From assembly GCA_029258835.1 (NCBI GenBank), contig JAPDJY010000058.1, positions 1 to 26,742 of the forward strand: a stretch of 26,742 bases of DNA, written 5' to 3'. Of the stretch, positions 8,369 through 17,808 are shown in pieces. This stretch comes from Thermoproteota archaeon (GTDB lineage: Archaea; Asgardarchaeota; Jordiarchaeia; Jordiarchaeales; Freyrarchaeaceae). Under the pieces are notes generated by a model. That model was not told where the DNA came from, did no database searches, and saw only the letters and a program-made list of their open reading frames with translations. Position 1 is the stretch's first letter, and every line of letters starts with the position of its first letter. The translations under genes and the position numbers were made by a program.

Positions 8369-9166
8369 TTGTTGCCTGTCGTGGAGGAAACCCTTGAGCT
8401 GATAGAAGAGCTGGTAGACGGCGCGGATATAACGGTCAAAGCAGTGTCCCTAGGCTTGTTCTACGCCGGCGTGAGCATAGAGTCAACCAGCGGCTCCCAT
8501 GGGGGTGTGGCATACGTTTTCAGGGATAACCCATCCTGCAAGCCCCTCGAAACCTCGGGTGAGTACCATGAAATGGACGCGGTATCCCTCGCCAAGCTCT
8601 CCCTCTCGTCCAGCCTAGCCGAGGCTTCGATAGGAGTTGCATCCATGAATGCTCTCTCCCAGCTAATCATGGAGGAAAACAGGGAAAGGTACCGTCCGGT
8701 TAGCATCGACGTAGCAGACCTGGTTAAGGAGGGGGAAAACGTGGCGATGGTGGGCTACATGGGGCCGGTGATAGGAAAGCTCGTTGAGAAAGGCTGCAGG
8801 GTGAATGTTGTAGAGATGAGGCAGGTGGAGAACCCGGTAGTTCCCGTGGTGCAGCCAGACCTGATGGAGGACGCCCTTAAGGAGGCGGACGTGGTCATAG
8901 TAACCGGTAGCAGCCTCGTCAACCGCACAATAGACGAAATACTAGACATGAGCATAGCTCCTAGAGTGTTCGCCGTGGCAGGGCCAACCGCAAGCATAAT
9001 CCCTGACGTGCTCTTTGACCATGGGGTGACAGCCGTCATGGGCGTAACAGTTACAGACCCGGAGGAAATGATCAAAGTAGTAAGCCAGGGGGGAGGAACC
9101 AGGCGCCTCATAGCAAGATGCGCCAAGAAGAGAGCTTGCCTATCCAACTTTTTTAAAGGCAAGTAA
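8369..9166 (+). CDS. DUF364 / Rossmann-like domain protein (putative heavy-metal chelation)
   Basis: SIGVASMNALSQ, VAMVGYMGP, ADVVIVTGSSLVNRTIDEIL, GPTASIIPDVLF, VSQGGG. Confidence 0.85.
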   Translation: MLPVVEETLELIEELVDGADITVKAVSLGLFYAGVSIESTSGSHGGVAYVFRDNPSCKPLETSGEYHEMDAVSLAKLSLSSSLAEASIGVASMNALSQLIMEENRERYRPVSIDVADLVKEGENVAMVGYMGPVIGKLVEKGCRVNVVEMRQVENPVVPVVQPDLMEDALKEADVVIVTGSSLVNRTIDEILDMSIAPRVFAVAGPTASIIPDVLFDHGVTAVMGVTVTDPEEMIKVVSQGGGTRRLIARCAKKRACLSNFFKGK

Positions 9167-9223
9167 TCCCGGGCTGGGGAGGAAAGGACGCATCCTCTTT
9201 CCGTCTAAGTCGGCTAAAGGGTG

Positions 9224-9448
9224 CTAGAGTGAGTCCTCATCTAACCGTTGCCTCAGCAGGATTAAGTGTCTTTTTGCCTCGGTGAACTTGATCACGTCCC
9301 CATCTTCAAACTTTATAATAGCGGTGTTCTCACCCGTAAGCTTACAGAACATCCTCAGAAGGTTTGCGAGGATCGCCGCATCCCTTTCATCTTCAAAGGA
9401 GGATGTCAGTAGCACGTTTCCCGAACACTTATCGACAACCGCAACCAT
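9224..9448 (-). CDS. Small hypothetical protein
   Basis: ATG preceded by GGTGG, upstream TTTATA-type promoter, plausible composition. Confidence 0.55.
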   Translation of the reverse strand: MVAVVDKCSGNVLLTSSFEDERDAAILANLLRMFCKLTGENTAIIKFEDGDVIKFTEAKRHLILLRQRLDEDSL

Positions 9449-9578
9449 CTTACCACCAGCCTTCCATCAAGTTGAAAGAAAAACTGAACGGTTTATAAAA
9501 AATATGGTAAAGGCATCCATAACCTTCTATAACCTTCTCCCCGGAAGTACCTGAAAAATGGGAAAAGTTTGGTCAGGC

Positions 9579-9612
9579 AAAATATAAAAAAGCGAAATAT
9601 AAAAAGAGGGGG
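9579..9612 (-). terminator. Oligo-T terminator of the ferredoxin gene
   Basis: The minus strand reads CCCCTCTTTTTATATTTCGCTTTTTTATATTTT right after the stop codon (duplicated TTTTTATATTT). Confidence 0.5.
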
Positions 9613-9614
9613 AG

Positions 9615-9827
9615 TTAGCAGGATGAGTGGCTGATGGCGTTCTCAGGGCATGCCTCGACGCAGGAGCAGCACTCGACGCAATCCTCCACCCTGACGGCTA
9701 CCGATTTTTCATCCTGAACCTCAAAAACTTCACTTGGACACGCTTCAACACAGCTTCCGCACCCAGTGCATTTGTCATGGTCTATTGTAATAGTGATGTC
9801 GCCGGACTTGAACTCTTTGACGCCCAT
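9615..9827 (-). CDS. 2[4Fe-4S] ferredoxin
   Basis: Two CxxCxxCxxxCP motifs (CTGCGSCVEACP, CVECCSCVEACP). Alternative GTG start at 9836. Confidence 0.92.
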   Translation of the reverse strand: MGVKEFKSGDITITIDHDKCTGCGSCVEACPSEVFEVQDEKSVAVRVEDCVECCSCVEACPENAISHSSC

Positions 9828-10176
9828 CACAACCACCTGCTGTCAGCCATTTTCGAAAGAACACTCCTCAATTGGAATATTAAGTTTTCGGCGGGGAGTC
9901 CGTAGCTAACCCTTAAAGCCGTGCGTCCTCGGCGAACAACGCTGCACCATCCGCCACCATCATTAAGCAGGTGATCCTTCGCTTCCTCCTGTGGAGCGTA
10001 ACTGCGATGCACCTCGCAAACCCCAGCACCCCCTCCTCCCTTTCTTCAATACCTGTCAAACACGCTTAATATTTCTTAACAGTGTTGGATGCTGGACGTT
10101 TATACGTTTTTCCAAGGAAACCTTTTATATTCTTATCAAGCCTACTTCTCCTGTAGCCACGCTGGGAGGTGACCCT

Positions 10177-10977
10177 TTGAATTTGGAGGTTCTTAAGCTT
10201 AACTTTGACGCCGTTGAAGAACGCATCGCAGAGTTCATTAGGGGGATCGTCGACGAAGCCGGCGCTGACGGCGTGGTTGTCGGTTTAAGTGGAGGAGTGG
10301 ACTCATCTACGGTTGCCACTCTGGCGGCGTCTGCCCTGGGAGCCGAGAACGTTTTAGGGTTGATAATGCCGTCCTCAACGACCAAGCAGGAGGACATAGA
10401 CGACGCCCTCCTCGTAGCTAGAACCCTCGGGATAGAGGTGGAACACGTGGATATTCAACCATTAGAGGACGCGTTCGCGAAGGTTTGCCCACGCTACGAC
10501 CCAGGAAACTTGGTTGCGACTGGAAACCTTAAGCCCCGCTTTAGGATGACCACCCTCTACTATTACGCTAACCTCCTCAACAGGATCGTTGCAGGCACCG
10601 GGAATAAGAGTGAGATCTTGGTAGGATACTTCACGAAGTACGGTGACGGCGGAGTTGACATGCTCCCCATAGGCGACCTTTACAAGACGCAGGTTAGATG
10701 GCTTGCCGAGAAAATAGGTGTTCCTCGGAAAATAGTTTGGAAGACGCCTACCGCCGGCCTGTGGGCTGGCCAAACAGATGAGGGAGAAATAGGGGTAACG
10801 TACGACGTATTAGACCTCACCCTCTACGGGCTTATAGAGTTAAAATATACGCCTGAAAAGGTCTCTAAGGAAATGGGCATTCCTCCCGATACGGTAATGA
10901 AAGTTATGGAGATGGTCTCTAAAAGTGAGCACAAAAGGAAACCTATCCCCAAGCCGGAGCTACAACTCCTACATTAG
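10177..10977 (+). CDS. nadE: NH3-dependent NAD+ synthetase
   Basis: GLSGGVDS, GNLKPRFRM, GTGNKSE, GYFTKYGDGGVD, PIGDLYKTQV, PTAGLWAGQTDEGEIG, SEHKR. The start is set at TTG 10177 after a GGAGGTGA SD. Confidence 0.93.
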   Translation: MNLEVLKLNFDAVEERIAEFIRGIVDEAGADGVVVGLSGGVDSSTVATLAASALGAENVLGLIMPSSTTKQEDIDDALLVARTLGIEVEHVDIQPLEDAFAKVCPRYDPGNLVATGNLKPRFRMTTLYYYANLLNRIVAGTGNKSEILVGYFTKYGDGGVDMLPIGDLYKTQVRWLAEKIGVPRKIVWKTPTAGLWAGQTDEGEIGVTYDVLDLTLYGLIELKYTPEKVSKEMGIPPDTVMKVMEMVSKSEHKRKPIPKPELQLLH

Positions 10978-11087
10978 ACAGGGAGGAATGGCTGGAAGCT
11001 GACGGGAGACTAGGATCCCATGCGATGCTTATAGGAGACACCTTTATTTTCCGTTTATTCTACTTTTTCTAGTGCTGCGTTGGAAGG

Positions 11088-12572
11088 GTGTACGGGATGT
11101 TCCTTGACCGGGCCAGCAAGGTCATAAAGTTGATCATGGATGGAAGGGGTGAGGAGGCTTTAATCTTCCTTATGGATGATCTATTAGAAAACCCGTATGA
11201 CGCTGAAGTGTGGGATCTCATGGGGTTTGTATACGGGGAGATGGGGGAGTGGGAGAGTGCGCTTGAATGCTACCTTAAAGCCGCAGAGCTGGAGCCTAAC
11301 CCAGGCGTACTCAACGATTTGGGCGTAGCCCTCATGGAGGTAGGGGAGGAAGAGAAGGCCATTAAATCGCTTTCTTATGCCCTCGAACTTAACCCAGAAT
11401 TCCTTTTAGCTAGGTGCAACTTGACCCTGGCTTACGGGATGCTGGACAGGAAGGAAAGTTTAAGCATCCTTAGAGACGTGCTTTCTAGTGTAGGCTACGG
11501 AGTCTGGGGGCTACGTTACAGCCTTGTAGCGCCTTCGCGGCTCCTGAAGCGCAGCAGAGGTGACGAGAAGCAGCTCGATGAGGCACTGCGCCTTCTAGAT
11601 TCGGGTTCCTCGCCTGAGGCCTTGAAACACTTTGACCTTTTCTTGAAGTCGAACCCAGACGAGCCGGCGGTTCTCCACGTTGCTGCCTCGTCTCTTATGC
11701 TTTTAGAAGCTTTTTCGGATGCGGCCAGATGCTATAGCACCCTTAGGCATGTTGATCCGTGGAGCGTAGCCACGTGGCATGGGTCAGCCCTCGTAAACCT
11801 GCACTTTAAAAATTACGTTGAGGCTTTTCAGGATCTGGTTAGGGCTGTGATGTTAAACCCTGATTGCTCCAATTGCTGGTTCGAGTTGGGTACTATCCAC
11901 TTCGTCTTCGGCGAGTTCGACGAGGCCGCCTTCTGCTTCAGGAAAGCTGCGGAGCTCACACCCGAAGACGCCGAGGCGCTTTTCAGCCTGGGCTTCGTTC
12001 AGATGATTAAAGGAGAATACGAGGAAGCCGTTGAAATCTACATGCAGGTGCTTGAACTTGACCCTGAAAGAGCGGACGTACTTTACAATCTTGGCTTCAC
12101 GAAATACCTTTTAGGAAGCTACGAGGAAGCCCTTGAATGCCTTTGGAAGGCTGCGAAAATAGACCCTTCAGACCATCATACTTGGATGCAGATCGGCTTA
12201 TCCTACGCGAAACTGGGCTTCTACGAGGATGCGGCTGAATCGTTTGAAAAAGTGTTAGAGCTAGACCCTGGAAACAGTGAAGCCCATTACAACTTGGGCT
12301 TATGCCTTCTCCTTGAAGGGGAATACTTTGAAGCCGTAGACCACTTTAAGGCTAGGCTTAAAGACGAGCCAGAGGACTTGAACGCCATCTACTACTTAGG
12401 ATTAACGTATAACTACCTTGATGAGCATAGTAAGGCGGTTGAGTGCTTAGAGAAGCTTGTTGAAGCTGGGAGAGCAGACGTTCACGTTTGGCGTGCTCTA
12501 GAAGAATCATACAGGGCTCTAGGAGAGGATGATAAGGCCTCGGAGTGCCGTCGAAGGGCGCTGGAATCCTAG
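11088..12572 (+). CDS. Multi-TPR-repeat protein
   Basis: About 10 or more canonical 34-aa TPRs (e.g. AEALFSLGFVQMIKGEYEEAVEIYMQVLELDPE). Confidence 0.9.
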   Translation: MYGMFLDRASKVIKLIMDGRGEEALIFLMDDLLENPYDAEVWDLMGFVYGEMGEWESALECYLKAAELEPNPGVLNDLGVALMEVGEEEKAIKSLSYALELNPEFLLARCNLTLAYGMLDRKESLSILRDVLSSVGYGVWGLRYSLVAPSRLLKRSRGDEKQLDEALRLLDSGSSPEALKHFDLFLKSNPDEPAVLHVAASSLMLLEAFSDAARCYSTLRHVDPWSVATWHGSALVNLHFKNYVEAFQDLVRAVMLNPDCSNCWFELGTIHFVFGEFDEAAFCFRKAAELTPEDAEALFSLGFVQMIKGEYEEAVEIYMQVLELDPERADVLYNLGFTKYLLGSYEEALECLWKAAKIDPSDHHTWMQIGLSYAKLGFYEDAAESFEKVLELDPGNSEAHYNLGLCLLLEGEYFEAVDHFKARLKDEPEDLNAIYYLGLTYNYLDEHSKAVECLEKLVEAGRADVHVWRALEESYRALGEDDKASECRRRALES

Positions 12573-13300
12573 TCCATGTATCTTCCGCCGTTAACGTTGA
12601 TGGTTTCACCGGTTATGTGGTCGTTTTCCAGGAGAAAGACGACTGTGCTTGAAACCTCTTCTGGGCGGGCTATTCTTCCTAAAGGCACCCTTTTAGCCAG
12701 CTCCTCTTTTAACTCCTCTGGTATGAACTCCGTGTCAACTGCTCCGGGTGCCACGGCGTTAACCGTTATCCCATAAGGTGCAAGCTCCGAGGCGAGGGCC
12801 ATGGTTAACCCTATAACGCCCGCCTTCGAAGCCGCGTAGTGTACTCCCACCGTGCCCCCCATCTTACCTGCGATCGACGAAATATTAACTATTTTCCCTC
12901 CTTTACCTATCATGTACTTGACCACGGCCTTACAGCAGTTAAAAACTCCTTTAAGGTTTATGTTTATCACTCTTTCCCAGTCTTCCTCGGAGACATCCAA
13001 GATTGACCGTCTGATGGTTAAAACCCCGGCATTGTTGACTAGGATGTCCACTCCTCCCAGCTCCCTTACGACGGTTTCAACCATCGCCTCGACCTCGTCC
13101 ATCTTCGACACGTCGGCTCTGACGGCGATCCCCCTACATCCAAGCCTCCTCACTTCCTCGACGACCTTTAACGCCTCCTCATGCCTGCTAAAGTAGTTTA
13201 CTGCCACGTCGCATCCCTTAGCAGCTAGGTCAAGGCAGATGCTTCTCCCGATCCCTCCGCTTCCACCGGTGACGAGCGCGACCTTACCCTTCAAATCCAC
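12569..13300 (-). CDS. Short-chain dehydrogenase/reductase (FabG-like 3-oxoacyl reductase)
   Basis: TGGSGGIG, NNAG, SS, YAASK, NAVAPG, ITGETINVNGG. Confidence 0.92.
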   Translation of the reverse strand: MDLKGKVALVTGGSGGIGRSICLDLAAKGCDVAVNYFSRHEEALKVVEEVRRLGCRGIAVRADVSKMDEVEAMVETVVRELGGVDILVNNAGVLTIRRSILDVSEEDWERVININLKGVFNCCKAVVKYMIGKGGKIVNISSIAGKMGGTVGVHYAASKAGVIGLTMALASELAPYGITVNAVAPGAVDTEFIPEELKEELAKRVPLGRIARPEEVSSTVVFLLENDHITGETINVNGGRYMD

Positions 13301-13415
13301 GCTTCCACCTCCTTAAAGTTTAGCTTGGAAGAAGGGTTAACCATGTAACGCCTCCTCCTTCACCACAACTCAACAGCCAACGCTCATTTAACCCTTCCCC
13401 CTAGAAACTTTTTAT

Positions 13416-14633
13416 TTGAGTGTGGCTCTAAGCCTTAAGGGGGTGAATGGAATTTACGTGTGCTTCCTCTGGCACATGCACCAGCCTCCAGGGGCTGAAC
13501 GCCACTTTCTGGATGCGGTGTCGAAGTCATACGAGCCACTCTTAAAGCTGCACTTGGAAGCAGGGTTAAACGCCACCGTAAACGTGACGGGGGTGACGCT
13601 GGAGCAGGCGGTAAACCTGTCGTTAGACCTTGTCTCATACCTTCATGAAGGAATCTCCAGAAAGCTTTTAGACGTCACCTCTTCAGGCTTCCACCACTTA
13701 ATAATGCCCTTAACACCCCTCTGGGAGGTTAAAACCGACATAGAGATGGGGTTGAAGGCGTTCAAGGAAATACTGAGCTTCTCGCCTGAGGGGTTCTTCC
13801 CGCCGGAGCTGGCTTGGAGCCCGGTCCTAGTCGAGGTCTTAAAAGCGCTGGGGTTTAAATGGGTTGTTGTCAGCGACCAGGTTTTCAGGAGAGCCGACCC
13901 CCGATGCCCCGAGGAAGAAATATTCTTCCCCTACTGGTTTGAGGGGGTGAGCGGAAAGCACATTCTAGGCGTCCTGCAACATTACGGGTTAAGCCAGATG
14001 CTCTGGGAGATATCATCCGGAAAGAGGACGATAGAGGACTTCGCCGCCGCACTTGAAAGGTACGCCCTCTTGGAGGAGCGCTTGAAGGAACGCTACCACA
14101 CCTACGTAGCCACCAAGCCCATCCTCGTCATCTCCACAGACGCGGAGCTGATAGGTTTAAGATGGAGGAAGGGGGTTGAAGCCCTAGCCCGCATCTATAA
14201 GCTCGTAGAGGAAATACCTGGCTTAAAGCTTTGCAGCGTTAAGGAAGCCTTAAAGGGCAACTTCCCGAAAAAGGTTTTTTACATGCCGTCAGGCAGCTGG
14301 AGCCACGACGCCCGCTTCACCGTGTGGCTCAGCAGGCCTGAGAACGACGTGATAAACTTTCTCACGGGGGAGGCTAGAAGGAAAGTTGAACTCTCCTACT
14401 GTATCGTATCGCTGATAAAGAGGATGGGATCCTCGACGGCCGACGCCGAGCTAGCCCTGCAGGATGCCCTTAAAAGCCTTCTGCTCGGCGAAATGAGTGA
14501 TGGCAGAGGCTGGGATGCTGCACCCGAGAGGAGGAAGTTCTGTTACTACCACCTTCTTAACGCGATCTCGAAGTGCGACGAAGCCGTGAAGAAGGCTCTT
14601 GAGAAAGTTCCGAGGAGGAGGTTGATAAGGTGA
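13416..14633 (+). CDS. Glycoside hydrolase family 57 protein
   Basis: WHMHQP (CSR1), GFFPPELAW (nucleophile Glu), TDAE (acid/base Asp), GSW. The start may be GTG 13443. Confidence 0.85.
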   Translation: MSVALSLKGVNGIYVCFLWHMHQPPGAERHFLDAVSKSYEPLLKLHLEAGLNATVNVTGVTLEQAVNLSLDLVSYLHEGISRKLLDVTSSGFHHLIMPLTPLWEVKTDIEMGLKAFKEILSFSPEGFFPPELAWSPVLVEVLKALGFKWVVVSDQVFRRADPRCPEEEIFFPYWFEGVSGKHILGVLQHYGLSQMLWEISSGKRTIEDFAAALERYALLEERLKERYHTYVATKPILVISTDAELIGLRWRKGVEALARIYKLVEEIPGLKLCSVKEALKGNFPKKVFYMPSGSWSHDARFTVWLSRPENDVINFLTGEARRKVELSYCIVSLIKRMGSSTADAELALQDALKSLLLGEMSDGRGWDAAPERRKFCYYHLLNAISKCDEAVKKALEKVPRRRLIR

Positions 14634-14857
14634 AGTGGGACCTAAGTTGCCCTAAGAACTGTTTCAACGAGTATGAGCAGTTAACCATTCAATGCCCTGA
14701 CGGAGTGGTTAGAACGGTAAAGTTCTGCCCGGGGTGTAAGTACCAGGAATTCTACGTTCTAGGCTACATCGCAGCGCTCGAGGAAAGGGTTCGCAGGTTG
14801 GAGGAGCAAGTTAAAGAGCTGAGCGCTGCTCTCGCAGGGAAACCCGTGGAACGCTGA
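14630..14857 (+). CDS. Small Cys-rich (possible Zn-binding) protein with C-terminal coiled coil
   Basis: CPKNC...C...CPGC followed by the heptad IAALEERVRRLEEQVKEL. Overlaps the GH57 stop (GTGA). Confidence 0.65.
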   Translation: MKWDLSCPKNCFNEYEQLTIQCPDGVVRTVKFCPGCKYQEFYVLGYIAALEERVRRLEEQVKELSAALAGKPVER

Positions 14858-14862
14858 CCCCG

Positions 14863-15981
14863 TCAACAGCTACCTGCCACTCTTGCACGCTCCCAGCCTC
14901 TCCCCCCAACTAAGTCCTGTATTTCTGAAACCTTGTCTAAAACGTTAACTATCCCGTTAAAGCACTTTTCTAGGGAGGAGTGCATCCTGAGCAGCTTCGC
15001 CCTCACCTCTGAGTCCTCCTCACCTGTGGACAGCACGGCTTTACCCACGCTTTCAATGGCTTTCCTCCCTGCACTGTATGCGTCCTCCATTTCCTGGCGT
15101 ATCTGAACTAGGACGAAGCCAAGCTTTTCCACGTCAACCCTCCTAGGCGCCTTCCACTCGGCGAAGTCTGCCTCCCATAATTTCCCCACGTCTTCAATGG
15201 AAGCCCGTGCACCCCACATGGACGACGCCAGCATATCCAAGCTTTTAACGGCGTGGTGCCCCATGCGGGCAGCCATCCAGAAAGCATCCATTACGTATCC
15301 TCCAACCCTCTCAGCCGCCTTGAAAAATCTAACGTTGCCCTCTTCCCTGGGCCTCAACAATGAGGGGCTAAACGTTGCTGAAAGCTTCACGTAGAACTCC
15401 TTGCACATGCTTACAGCTGGATTAGCCCTCTCTAGCTTTTCCTCTCCAAGAAGGATTGAATGAATGCTCGCCACGGCCTTCTCCTTAACCTTGCTCCAAT
15501 CCCGCAAAACAGCTCTTATAGCCTGATCAACGGTGTCTGTAATGTCACCGACCCTTAAAATCTCCTTGAACTCGTTGAACCTCGAAGTTGCAAGCATGAG
15601 GAGTTCGTCTACGTTATTAACAAGCATCTCTAACTCGGCTTTTAACATCCTACCCTCCTTCCATTCCATCCCGGAATCCATTCCAATTCTGCTCTTAACA
15701 CTTAAAACAGAGGTGAAGTCCTGAATAAAGTAAGCCCACCTTAAAGCTACGTTGCACGCCTTCAAAACGATGTCCTTAAAGGCGTTGAACCCCTCCTCGA
15801 CGGAATCCATGAGCCCGGAGGAGTACCAGCGCAGGACGGCCTTAAAGAAAGGTTCCCCTATTAAGCCTGCAATCCCCCTCACGTTATCCCTTAAAGAGTT
15901 AAGGAGAACTAACACGTTGCGTTGTATAAGCGTATGGTCGGCGTGGCTTCCAACGGTCACCCCATCCCCCCAACTTCCCAT
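14863..15981 (-). CDS. Hypothetical alpha-helical protein
   Basis: 372-aa ORF with host-like codon usage and an AT-rich promoter upstream. No family recognised. Confidence 0.7.
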   Translation of the reverse strand: MGSWGDGVTVGSHADHTLIQRNVLVLLNSLRDNVRGIAGLIGEPFFKAVLRWYSSGLMDSVEEGFNAFKDIVLKACNVALRWAYFIQDFTSVLSVKSRIGMDSGMEWKEGRMLKAELEMLVNNVDELLMLATSRFNEFKEILRVGDITDTVDQAIRAVLRDWSKVKEKAVASIHSILLGEEKLERANPAVSMCKEFYVKLSATFSPSLLRPREEGNVRFFKAAERVGGYVMDAFWMAARMGHHAVKSLDMLASSMWGARASIEDVGKLWEADFAEWKAPRRVDVEKLGFVLVQIRQEMEDAYSAGRKAIESVGKAVLSTGEEDSEVRAKLLRMHSSLEKCFNGIVNVLDKVSEIQDLVGGRGWERARVAGSC

Positions 15982-16420
15982 ATTTTTAATCCATCTAAAT
16001 ATCTACTTTAGTTATTTTTAACATATATTTCTATCGGTTTCAAATTTTATAAAGTACATGGCTTTATAGGGAAAATAGGGAAAAACTTTGTGCAGCCTCC
16101 ACCCGCGTTCATCACTTAAATCATCTGGAAAGCGGAAGCGTGCATCTCACCAACCAGCACCCTCCCCCATTAAATTCCTCAATGCTTGAACGCTTCATCA
16201 AGGATCACTAGTCTCAATTAGTGTCCCAATTAGTGTTTAAATCAAGTCACCCCTAATTTTAGTTGCATGAATGTTTAAGGATCCTGATGAAATGGTAATG
16301 AGTTAAATAGGTCTCCCTCCTTCCCCCATTTAGTTCCTCAACGTCTTTTAAGGATATCTGAGTAATTGTAAGTAGAAGGCTGGTTGCGTTTTGAAGGTGG
16401 AAGAATCCGGTGGGGTGGAC

Positions 16421-16660
16421 GTGAAGTATAATGTAAGGGATGTTGTTAATAGGGTGATCTGGGATCCCTCACTTAACCCTGAGGAGTTCAGGGTAGTTTA
16501 CGCTGACCGTTTTAAAGGGGCGGTTAAAGAGTTTAGTGTGAGCGACGTTGAACGGGTGGAAGGCTTCCTTATAAAGCTGAAGGGTGGCAGAGTCATCCCT
16601 CTTCACAGGGTAAAGAAAGTATATAATGTCAGGACGGGGGAAGTATTGCTGTCCAGGTGA
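16421..16660 (+). CDS. DUF504 / MJ1316-domain protein (UPF0248)
   Basis: RDVVNRVIWDP...YADRF...IPLHRVKKV signature. GTG start follows GGGGTGG; alternative TTG start at 16391. Confidence 0.85.
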   Translation: MKYNVRDVVNRVIWDPSLNPEEFRVVYADRFKGAVKEFSVSDVERVEGFLIKLKGGRVIPLHRVKKVYNVRTGEVLLSR

Positions 16661-16664
16661 GCCC

Positions 16665-17108
16665 TTAGCTTCCTGCTACTTTCTCGGCGATCACCCGTCC
16701 GAGCTCCCTGCACTTCTCTAGATGTTCCTGATTCGGCTCCTCGACGACGGTTAACGGCTCTGACACCATGTTAAAGCCTAGCCTCTTCATTTTGCTTTGA
16801 ACCTCGTAGGCTCCCTCCCCGCTCCATCCGTATGACCCAAAGGCTGCCCCAAGCTTACCCTTAACGTTTAACCCTTCCAGCTTCGAAAGTAGAATTTCCA
16901 CCTCGTACGCTGGCTTGTAATTGTGTGTGGGCGACCCTATAACTATGGCCTTAGCCCTCTCGAGGTCGCCGACCACATCCTCGAAAGTATACCTACGTAA
17001 GCTGTAAACCTTAACCTCTACGCCTTTCTCAGAGGCACCCTCAGCTATCGCATTAGCCATCTTCTCCGTACTCCTAGACCTCGTCGAGTAGAGGATAATA
17101 ACGCTCAC
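16665..17108 (-). CDS. Flavodoxin (FprA C-terminal-like)
   Basis: YSTRSRSTEKMA, IGSPTHN, AAFGSYGWSGEG. Confidence 0.88.
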   Translation of the reverse strand: MSVIILYSTRSRSTEKMANAIAEGASEKGVEVKVYSLRRYTFEDVVGDLERAKAIVIGSPTHNYKPAYEVEILLSKLEGLNVKGKLGAAFGSYGWSGEGAYEVQSKMKRLGFNMVSEPLTVVEEPNQEHLEKCRELGRVIAEKVAGS

Positions 17109-17231
17109 ACCTATTCCTCCCTTTCACGTTCCCCCAAACTAAAAATCCTTAACTATTTAAAGCCTACGGTTTGGAAGACGCGGCTTCCCATCAGCAAGTC
17201 GCTCTGCCAACGTGATCCTAAAGGTCTGATG

Positions 17232-17450
17232 CTAGTTTGAGTATTTCGATAATATTTCACTTAGCTTTCTCTGCCTGTCTTCCTTGCTCTTGGCGGCTTC
17301 CAGCATCTCCCTTATCATGGAGGCAAACGCCCGCCTGTTAATGTTAAGCCTCCTGAGCTCCTCCTCTTCCTCGGACGGCAGCTTGTCTACGGCTTTCTCC
17401 ACCATCTCAAGTACGTCCATAGAAGCCCCCCTTAAAAACGCTTTAACCAT
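17232..17450 (-). CDS. Small hypothetical helical protein
   Basis: Charged helical 72-aa ORF. A more likely start is MDVLEM..., which follows a GGGGG SD-like run. Confidence 0.55.
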   Translation of the reverse strand: MVKAFLRGASMDVLEMVEKAVDKLPSEEEEELRRLNINRRAFASMIREMLEAAKSKEDRQRKLSEILSKYSN

Positions 17451-17614
17451 GAAAATAAAAAACCCTCACGATTATAAAGCTGTCGCACCCCGTCAAGGAG
17501 CAGACACCATGAAGCCAATGAAGACTGGGAAGGAAGGGAAAGACTGCAGCCATAAATCCAATTGCTGAAATGCGTTAACCCAACCTTACCCGTCACCCAG
17601 CCATGCCTTGCGAA

Positions 17615-17808
17615 GCAGTTAAATTTGGTGAGTGTTTGTGGGTGCTGGTCTGGCCACAGGGTGTATGGGTGGAGTCTTCGGATGTGGGGCTCCGGGGTCC
17701 CCCCGAAAGCCCCATCAGAGGCGTACGCCTCGATGACGGGGAAACGCCTGACAGACCAAAACACACATCCACCCATAAAAACCTGTCAAGCGTGAACCCC
17801 TTCAACGA
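17615..17808 (+). mobile_element. Non-autonomous IS607-like mini element carrying an orphan TnpB omega-RNA-like scaffold
   Basis: 17681-17712 shares GATGTGGGG-N8-TCCCCCCGAAAGCCC with the tnpB 3' end at 3924-3893 and has the same stem architecture. Subterminal inverted repeat TATGGGTGGA (17664-17673) / TCCACCCATA (17768-17777). No tnpB ORF. Boundaries are approximate. Confidence 0.65.

Noticed and set aside
9991-10176. N-terminal extension of NadE in the ORF track
   Set aside because: It is non-homologous and contains the promoter (TTTTATA) and SD. The real start is about 10177.
16285-16361. CTGATGA...CTGA as a C/D-box sRNA or hammerhead ribozyme
   Set aside because: No convincing internal D'/C' boxes, and no GAAA core or stems for a hammerhead.
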